A DNA stretch of 64,000 nt from Eledone cirrhosa (taxonomy: Eukaryota). Of the stretch, positions 56,901 through 64,000 are shown piece by piece (position 1 is the first letter of the stretch; each line of letters begins with the position of its first letter). The stretch spans positions 36,146,001-36,210,000 of the forward strand of contig OZ024741.1 of assembly GCA_964016885.1 (NCBI GenBank), given 5' to 3'. The notes under the pieces are model-generated. The model saw only the letters and a list, made by a program, of their open reading frames with translations. It ran no database searches and had not been told where the DNA came from. The position numbers and the translations under genes were made by a program.

Positions 56901-59900
56901 TTCTGCCTATGAACTATTCTAGCTATGAACTCTTAACTCTATGAACTCTTCACCCTAAAAACTCTTCAGCCTATGAACTCTTCCCCATAAAAACTGTTCA
57001 GCTTATGGACTCTTCACCCTACGAACTCTTCAGCCTATGGACTTTTCAGTCTATGAACTCTTCAGCCTATGGACTCTACAGCCTGTGGACACTTCAGCCT
57101 ATGAACTCTTCACACTAAGAACTCTTCAGCCTATGATGTCTTCAGCCTATGAAGTCTTCAGCCTATGAACTCTTCCACCAAAGGACTCTTCAGCCTATGG
57201 ACTCTTCACCCTAAGCACTCTTCAGCCTATGGACTCTTCAGCCTATGAACTCTTCTGCCTATGGACTCTTAGGCCTATGGACTCTTCAGACTATGAACTC
57301 TTTACCCTAAGAACTCTTCAGCCTGTGAACTCTTCGTCCTAAGAATTCTTCAGGATATGGGCTCTTCACCCGAAGAACTATTCAGCCTATGGACTCTTCA
57401 GCCTATGAACTCTTCACACTTAGAACTCTTCAGCCTATTAACTCTTCACCCTAAGAACTCTTCAGCCTATAGTCTCTTCAGACTATGGACTCTTCAGCCT
57501 ATCAACCTTTGAGCCTATGGACTCTTCAGCCTATGGACTCTTCACCCTAAGAACCCTTCAGCCTATGGACTCTTCAGCCTATGAACTCTTCAGCCTATGG
57601 ACTCTTCACCCTATGGACTCTTCACCCTAAGAACTCTTCAGCCTATGGACTCTTCAGTCTATGAACTCTTTAGCCTATGAACTCTTCACCCTAAGAACTC
57701 TTCAGCCTATGAACTCTTCAGATTATGAACTGATCAGCCTATGGACTCTTCGGTCTATGGACTCTTCACTCTAAGAACTCTTCAGCCTATGAACTCTTCA
57801 CTGTAAGAACTCCTCAGCCTATGGATTCTACAGCCTATGGACTCTTAAGCCTATAAACTGTTCACCATTAGAACTCTTCAGCCTATGAACTCTTCACCCT
57901 AAGAACTCTTCAGCCTATGAACTCTTCATCCTAAGAACTCTTCAGCCTATGGACTCTTCAGCCTATGAACTATTCACCCAAGAACTCTTCAGCCTATGAA
58001 CTCTTCACCCTAAGAACTGTTCAGCCTATGAACTCTTCAGCCTATTAACTCTTCAGCCTATGGACTCTTCAGCCAATGAACTCTTCACCCTAAGAAATGT
58101 TCAGCCTATGAACTCTTCAACCTATGGACTCTTCAGCCTATGGAATCTTCACTCTAAGAACTCTTCAGCTTGTGAACTCTTCACCCTAAGAACTCTTCAG
58201 CCTAATGAACTCTTCAGGCTATAAACTCTTCACTCTATGAACTCTTCACCCTAAGAACTCTTCAGCCTATGAACTCTTCACCATAAAAATTCTTCAGCGT
58301 ATGGACTCTTCACCCTAAGAACTCTTCAGCCTATGGACTCTTCAGCCTATGAACTCTTCAGCCTATGGACACTTCAGCCCATGAACTCTTCACCCTAAGA
58401 ACTCTTAAGCCTATGAAATCTTCAGGCTATGAACTCTTCAGCCTATGGACTCCTCAGCCAATGAACTCTTCACTCTAAGAACTCTTCAGCTTATGGACTA
58501 TTCAGCCTATGAACTATTCAGCCTATGGACTCTTCAGCCTATGGACTCTTCACGCTAAGAATTCTTCAGCCTATGGACTATTCTGCCTATGAACTCTTCA
58601 CCCTTAGAACTCTTCGGGCTATTAACTCTTCACCCTAACATCTCATTAGCCTATGAACTCTTCACCTAAGAACTATTCAGCCTATGGACTCTTAAGCCTA
58701 TGAACTCTTCAGCCTATGGACTCTTCAGCCAATGAACTCTTCACCCTAAGAACTCTTCAGCCTATGAACTCTTCAACCTATGGACTCTTCAGCCTATGGA
58801 CTCTTCACTCTAGGAACTCTTCAGCCTATGGACTCTTCAGTCTATGGACTATTCGGCCTATGAACTCTTTACCCTAAGAAATCTTCAGCCTGTGAATTCT
58901 TCACCCTAAGAACTCTTCAGCCTATGGGCTCTTCACCCTAAGAACTCTTCAGCCTATGAACTCTTCACCATACAAACTCTTCAGCCTATGGAATCTTCAC
59001 CCTAAGAACTCTTCAGCCTATGGACTCTTCATCCTATGAACTCTTCAGCCTATGGACTCTTCAGCCTATGGACTCTTCACACTAAGAACTCTTCAGCCTA
59101 TGGACTCTTCAACCTAAAAACTCTTCAGTCTATGAATTCTTCAGTCTATGAACTCTTCAGCCTATGAACTGTTCACCCTTAGAACTCTTCAGCCTATGAA
59201 CTCTTCACCCTTAGAACTTTTCAGGCTATTATCTCTTCACCGAAGAACTCTTCAGCCTATGAACTCTTCACCCTAAGAACTCTTCAGCCTATGGACTCTT
59301 CAGCCTATAGACTCTTCATCCTAAGATGTCTTCAGCCTATGAACTGTTCACTCTTAGAAATCTTTAGCCTAAGAACTCATCGGCCTATGAACTGTTCAGC
59401 CTATGGACTCTTCAGCCAATGAACTCTTCACCGTAAGAACTCTTCAGCCTATGAACTCTTCAACCTATGGACTCTTCAGCCTATGGACACTTCACACTAA
59501 GAAATCTTCTGCCTATGAACTCTTCAGGCTATGAACTCTTCATTCTATGAACTCTTCACCCTGAGAACTCCTCAGCCTATGGACTCTTCACCCTAAGAAC
59601 TCTTCACCCTAAGAACTCTTCAGCCTATGAACTCTTCAGTCTATGAACTCTTCAGCCTATGAACTCTTCACCTTTAGATCTCTTCAGCCTATGGACTCTT
59701 CACCCTAAGAAGTCTCAGCCTATTAACTCTTTACACTAAGAACTCTTCAGCCTATGACCTTTTCACCCTAAGAACACTTCAGCCTATGGACTCTTCAGCA
59801 TATGGACTCTTCAGCCTAGAACTCTTCACCCTTAGAACTCTTCAGGCTATTAACTCTTCACCCTAAGATCTCATCAGCCTATGAACTCTTCACCCTAAGA

Positions 59901-61620
59901 ACTATTCAGCCTATGGACTCTTAAGCCTATGAACTCTGCAGCCTATGAACTCTTCAGCCTATGAATTTTTCAGCCTATCGACTCTTCAGCCAATGAACTC
60001 TTCACCCTAAGAACTCTTCAGGCTATCAACTCTTCAAACTATGGTCTCTTCAGCCTATGGACTCTTCACTCTAGGAACTCTTCAGCCTATGGAGTCTTCA
60101 GGCTATGGACTCTTCGGCCTATGAACTCTTTACCCTAAGAAATCTTCAGCCTATGGGCTCTTCACCCTAAGAACTCTTCAGTCTATGAACTCTTCGGTCT
60201 ATGAACTCTTCAGCCTATGAACTGTTCACCCTTAGAACTCTTCAGCCTATGAACTCTTCACTCTTAGAACTCTTCAGGCTAATATCTCTTCACCCAAGAA
60301 CTCTTCAGCCTATGAACTGATCACCCTAAGAACTCTTCAGCCTATGGACTCTTTAGCCTATGAACTCTTCACCCTAAGTACTCTTAAGCCTATGAACTCT
60401 TCAGCCTATGGACTCCTCAGCCAATGAACTATTCACCCTAAGAACTCTTCAGCCTATGAACTCTTCAACCTATGGACTCTTCAGCCTATGGACTCTTCAC
60501 CCTAAGAACTTTTCAGCCTATGGACTCATCAGCCTATGAACTCTTCACCCTAATAACTCTTAAGCCTATGAACTCTTCAGCCTATGAACTCTTCAGCCTA
60601 TGGACTCTTCAGCCTATGGACTCTTCAGCCAATGAATTCTTCACCCTAAGAACTCTTCAGCCTATAAAATCTTAGACCTATGGACTCAAGAGCCTATGAG
60701 CTCTTCACCCAATGGACTCTTTACCCTAAGAACTCTTCTGCCTATGAACTATTCTAGCTATGAACTCTTAACTCTATGAACTCTTCACCCTAAAAACTCT
60801 TCAGCCTATGAACTCTTCCCCATAAAAACTGTTCAGCTTATGGACTCTTCACCCTACGAACTCTTCAGCCTATGGACTTTTCAGTCTATGAACTCTTCAG
60901 CCTATGGACTCTACAGCCTGTGGACACTTCAGCCTATGAACTCTTCACACTAAGAACTCTTCAGCCTATGATGTCTTCAGCCTATGAAGTCTTCAGCCTA
61001 TGAACTCTTCCACCAAAGGACTCTTCAGCCTATGGACTCTTCACCCTAAGCACTCTTCAGCCTATGGACTCTTCAGCCTATGAACTCTTCTGCCTATGGA
61101 CTCTTAGGCCTATGGACTCTTCAGACTATGAACTCTTTACCCTAAGAACTCTTCAGCCTGTGAACTCTTCGTCCTAAGAATTCTTCAGGATATGGGCTCT
61201 TCACCCGAAGAACTATTCAGCCTATGGACTCTTCAGCCTATGAACTCTTCACACTTAGAACTCTTCAGCCTATTAACTCTTCACCCTAAGAACTCTTCAG
61301 CCTATAGTCTCTTCAGACTATGGACTCTTCAGCCTATCAACCTTTGAGCCTATGGACTCTTCAGCCTATGGACTCTTCACCCTAAGAACCCTTCAGCCTA
61401 TGGACTCTTCAGCCTATGAACTCTTCAGCCTATGGACTCTTCACCCTATGGACTCTTCACCCTAAGAACTCTTCAGCCTATGGACTCTTCAGTCTATGAA
61501 CTCTTTAGCCTATGAACTCTTCACCCTAAGAACTCTTCAGCCTATGAACTCTTCAGATTATGAACTGATCAGCCTATGGACTCTTCGGTCTATGGACTCT
61601 TCACTCTAAGAACTCTTCAG
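53947..61620 (+). repeat. Near-perfect tandem duplication, unit 3,835 bp (53947-57785 and 57782-61620)
   Basis: Identical ORFs at 56637/60472 and marker CTGTAAG at 53966/57801 give a constant offset of 3,835. Two mismatches spotted (A55621/C59456, A55913/C59748). Confidence 0.95.
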
Positions 61621-61679
61621 TCTATGGACTCTTCAGTCTATGGACTCTTCAGCCTAGGACCTCTTTACCCTAAGAACTC

Positions 61680-62970
61680 TTCAGCCTATGAACTCTTCAA
61701 CCTATGGACTCTTCAGCCTATGAACTCTTCACCCTTAGAACTCTTCAGCCTATGAACTCTTCACCCTAAGAACTCTTCAGCCTATTGTCTCTTGAGACTA
61801 AGGACTCTTCAGCCTATGGACTCTTCACCCTAAGAACCCTTCAGCCTGTGGACTGTTCAGCCTAACAACTGTTCAGCCTATGGACTCTTCACCCTATGGA
61901 CTCTTCACCCTAAGAACTCTTCAGCCTATGGACTCTTCACCCTGAGCACTCTTCAGCCTATGAACTCTTCAGTCTATGAACTCTTCAGCCTATGAACTGT
62001 TCACCCTTAGAACTCTTCAGCCTATGAACTCTTCACCCTAAGAACTCTTCAGCCTATGGATTCTTCAACCTATGGACTCTTTAGCCTATGAACTCTTCAC
62101 CCTAAGAACTCTTCAGCCTATGAACTCTTCAGCCTATGAACTCTTCAGCCTATGGACTCTTCAGTGTATGGACTCTTCACTCTAAGAACTCTTCAGTCTA
62201 TGTACTCTTCAGTCTATGGACTCTTCACTCTAAGAACTCTTCAGGCTATGAACTCTTCACTCTATGAACTCTTCTCCCTCAGAATTCTTCAGCCTATGAA
62301 CTCTTCACCGTAAAATCTCTTCAGCCTATCGACTCTTCACCCTAAGAACTCTTCAGCCTATGGACTCTTCAGCCTATGAACTCTTCCGCCTATGAACTCT
62401 TCACCCTAAGAACTCTTCAGCTTATGGACACTTCAGCCTATGAACTCCTCAGCCTATGAAATATTCACCCTAAGAACTCTTCAGCTTATGGACTCTTCAG
62501 CCTATGAACTCTTCAGCCTATGGACTCTTCAGCCTATGGACTCTTCGCGCTCAGAATTCTTCAGCCTATGGGCTATTCTGCCTATGAACTCTTCACCCTT
62601 AGAACTCTTCGGGCTACTAACTTTTCACCCTAAGAACTCTTCGGCCTATGAACTCTTCGCCCTAAGAACTCTTCAGCCTATAGACTATTCAGCCTATGAA
62701 CTCATCAGCCTATGAACTCTTCAGCCTATGGATTCTTCAGCCTATGAACTCTTCACCCTAAGAACTCTTGAGACTATGAACTCTTCCACCTATGGATTCT
62801 TCAGCCTATGGACTTTTCACCCTAAGCACTCTTCAGCCTATGGACTCTTCAACCTATATATTCTTCAGCCTATGGACACTTCAGCCTATGAACTCTTCAC
62901 ACTAAGATCTCTTCACACTATGAACTCTTCAGCCTATGAACTCTTCAACCTATGGAATCTTCAGCCTATA
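61680..62970 (+). repeat. Third copy of an approximately 1.3-kb dispersed block also at about 28990-30290 and 34230-35515
   Basis: Shared rare markers: GAGACTAAGG (29101, 34344, 61794), CAGTGTATGG, CCCTGAGCAC and CACCGTAAAATC. ORFs 30035, 35278 and 62728 are near-identical. Boundaries are approximate. Confidence 0.8.
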
Positions 62971-63219
62971 GACTCTTCACACTAATAACTCTTCAGCCTA
63001 TGGAATCTTCACCCTAAGAACTCTTCAGTCTATGAACTCTTCAGTCTATGAACTCTTCAGCCTATGAACTGTTCACCCTTAGAACTCTTCAGCCTATGAA
63101 CTCTTCACTCTTAGAAATCTTCAGGCTATTATCTCTTCACCCAAGAACTCTTCAGCCTATGAACTGTTCACCCTAAGAACTCTTCAGCCTATGGACTCTT
63201 CACACTAAGAAGTCTTCAC

Positions 63220-64000
63220 CCTAAGAACTCTTCAGTCTATGAACTCTTCAGTCTATGAACTCTTCAGTCTATGAACTCTTCAGCCTATGAACTGTTCACC
63301 CTTAGAACTCTTCAGCCTATGAACTCTTCAGCCTATGGACTCTTTAGCCTATGGACTCTTCACGCTAAGAATTCTTAAGCCTATGGACTATTCTGCCTAT
63401 GAACTCTTCACCCTTAGAACTCTTCAGGCTATTAACTCTTCACCCCAAGAACTCTTCACCCTATGAACTCTTCACCCTAAGAACTCTACAGTTTATAGAC
63501 TCTTCAGCCTATGGACTCATCAGCCTATGATCTCTTCAGCCTATGGAAAATTCAGCCTATGGACTCTTCACCCTAAGCACTCTTCAGTCTATGGACTCTT
63601 CAACCTATATACTCTTCAGGCTATGGACACTTCAGCCTATGGACTCTTCAGCCTATGGACGCTTCACACTAAGAACTATTCAGCCTATGGACTCTTCACC
63701 CTGAGAACTCTTCAGTCTATGAACGCTTCAGTCTATGAACTCTTCAGACTATGAACTGTTCACCCTTAGAACTCTTCAGCCTATGAACTCTTTACCCTTA
63801 GGACTCTTCAGACTTTTATCTCTTCACCCAAGAACTCTTCAGCCTATGAACTCTTCACCCTAAGAACTCTTCAGCCTATGGACACTTCAGCCTATGAACT
63901 CTTCACACTAAGAACTCTTCAGCCTATGAACTCTTCAGCCTATGAACTCTTCACCCTTAGAATTCTTCAGGCTATTATCTCTTCACCCAAGAACTCTTCA
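63220..64000 (+). repeat. Dispersed copy of about 44700-45478, continuing past the window end
   Basis: Identical 75-aa ORFs at 45005 and 63527 (offset 18,522). Shared markers GGAAAATTCAG, CCCTGAGAAC and TTTACCCTTAGG. Left boundary is approximate. Confidence 0.85.

Larger units (their letters stand above)
1..64000 (+). repeat. Tandem satellite array, 16-bp monomer (ACTCTTCA + GCCTATGR or CCCTAAGA-type half), about 4,000 copies, head-to-tail, running off both window ends
   Basis: ACTCTTCA or a 1-2 nt variant recurs every 16 bp from the first line to the last. Example 50874-50921 = ACTCTTCAGCCTATGG ACTCTTCAGCCTATGA ACTCTTCACCCTAAGA. No non-repeat interruption or inverted block was seen. Confidence 0.99.

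Noticed and set aside
677-63754. All supplied ORFs (64-107 aa, MNSSAYELFTLRTLQP-like) as protein-coding genes
   Set aside because: They are translations of the 16-bp repeat cycling through frames. The ATG comes from the monomer itself, ORFs overlap in different frames (52709-53558), there are no unique domains, and ORFs end wherever a TGA or TAA variant falls in frame.
1-64000. CRISPR array (constant repeat plus variable spacer)
   Set aside because: The constant part is only 8 bp. The variable parts are 8-bp near-identical recurring words rather than unique 25-45 bp spacers, and there is no leader or cas gene.
1-64000. Canonical telomerase-made telomere tract or G-quadruplex array
   Set aside because: CCCTAA never occurs in tandem in what I read. 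GGG tracts on the minus strand are usually 32 bp or more apart. Variant patterns are inherited through kb-scale duplications rather than re-synthesised from one template.
1-64000. Heat-shock elements or STAT sites from GAA/TTC motifs
   Set aside because: The spacing is GAA-N3-TTC and TTC-N7-GAA. A canonical HSE needs GAA-N2-TTC and STAT sites need TTC-N3/4-GAA.
1-64000. Nuclear-receptor half-site array (TGAACT = AGTTCA reversed)
   Set aside because: A 6-mer match repeated only because of the monomer. The 10-bp direct-repeat spacing is not a standard response element and there is no gene context.
1-64000. A single regular higher-order repeat with fixed period
   Set aside because: Offsets between paralogous blocks vary widely (480, 2113, 2351, 3835, 5243, 6259, 6981, 16693, 18522, 27450), so the array is a mosaic rather than a uniform HOR.
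1-64000. Sequencing artefact, primer concatemer or synthetic construct
   Set aside because: Nested, hierarchically shared SNPs and indels at several divergence levels indicate evolutionary descent. Only the two most identical duplications remain possible assembly artefacts.

Overview
The whole 64 kb window is one uninterrupted, single-orientation tandem satellite array of about 4,000 copies of a 16-bp monomer. Each monomer has a near-constant half (ACTCTTCA) and a variable half. The variable half falls into two main classes: A = GCCTATGG/GCCTATGA, and B = CCCTAAGA with relatives CACTAAGA, CTCTAAGA, CGCTAAGA and CCCTTAGA. I found no unique sequence, credible protein-coding gene, RNA gene, transposon or CRISPR array; all supplied ORFs are read-throughs of the repeat. 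The structure lies in the order of monomer variants. There is a non-random A/B alternation, recurrent multi-monomer cassettes and a nested patchwork of kb-scale duplications. These include an 8.6-kb near-identical copy at offset 16,693, tandem duplications of about 2.1, 3.8 and 7 kb, and whole-monomer indels. Class B monomers carry the canonical telomere hexamer CCCTAA/TTAGGG on a C-rich strand, and monomer junctions form short dyads. The array looks like eukaryotic heterochromatic (centromeric or subtelomeric) satellite DNA, but I cannot name the organism or satellite family from the sequence. All copy comparisons were made by eye, so mismatch counts are minimums.
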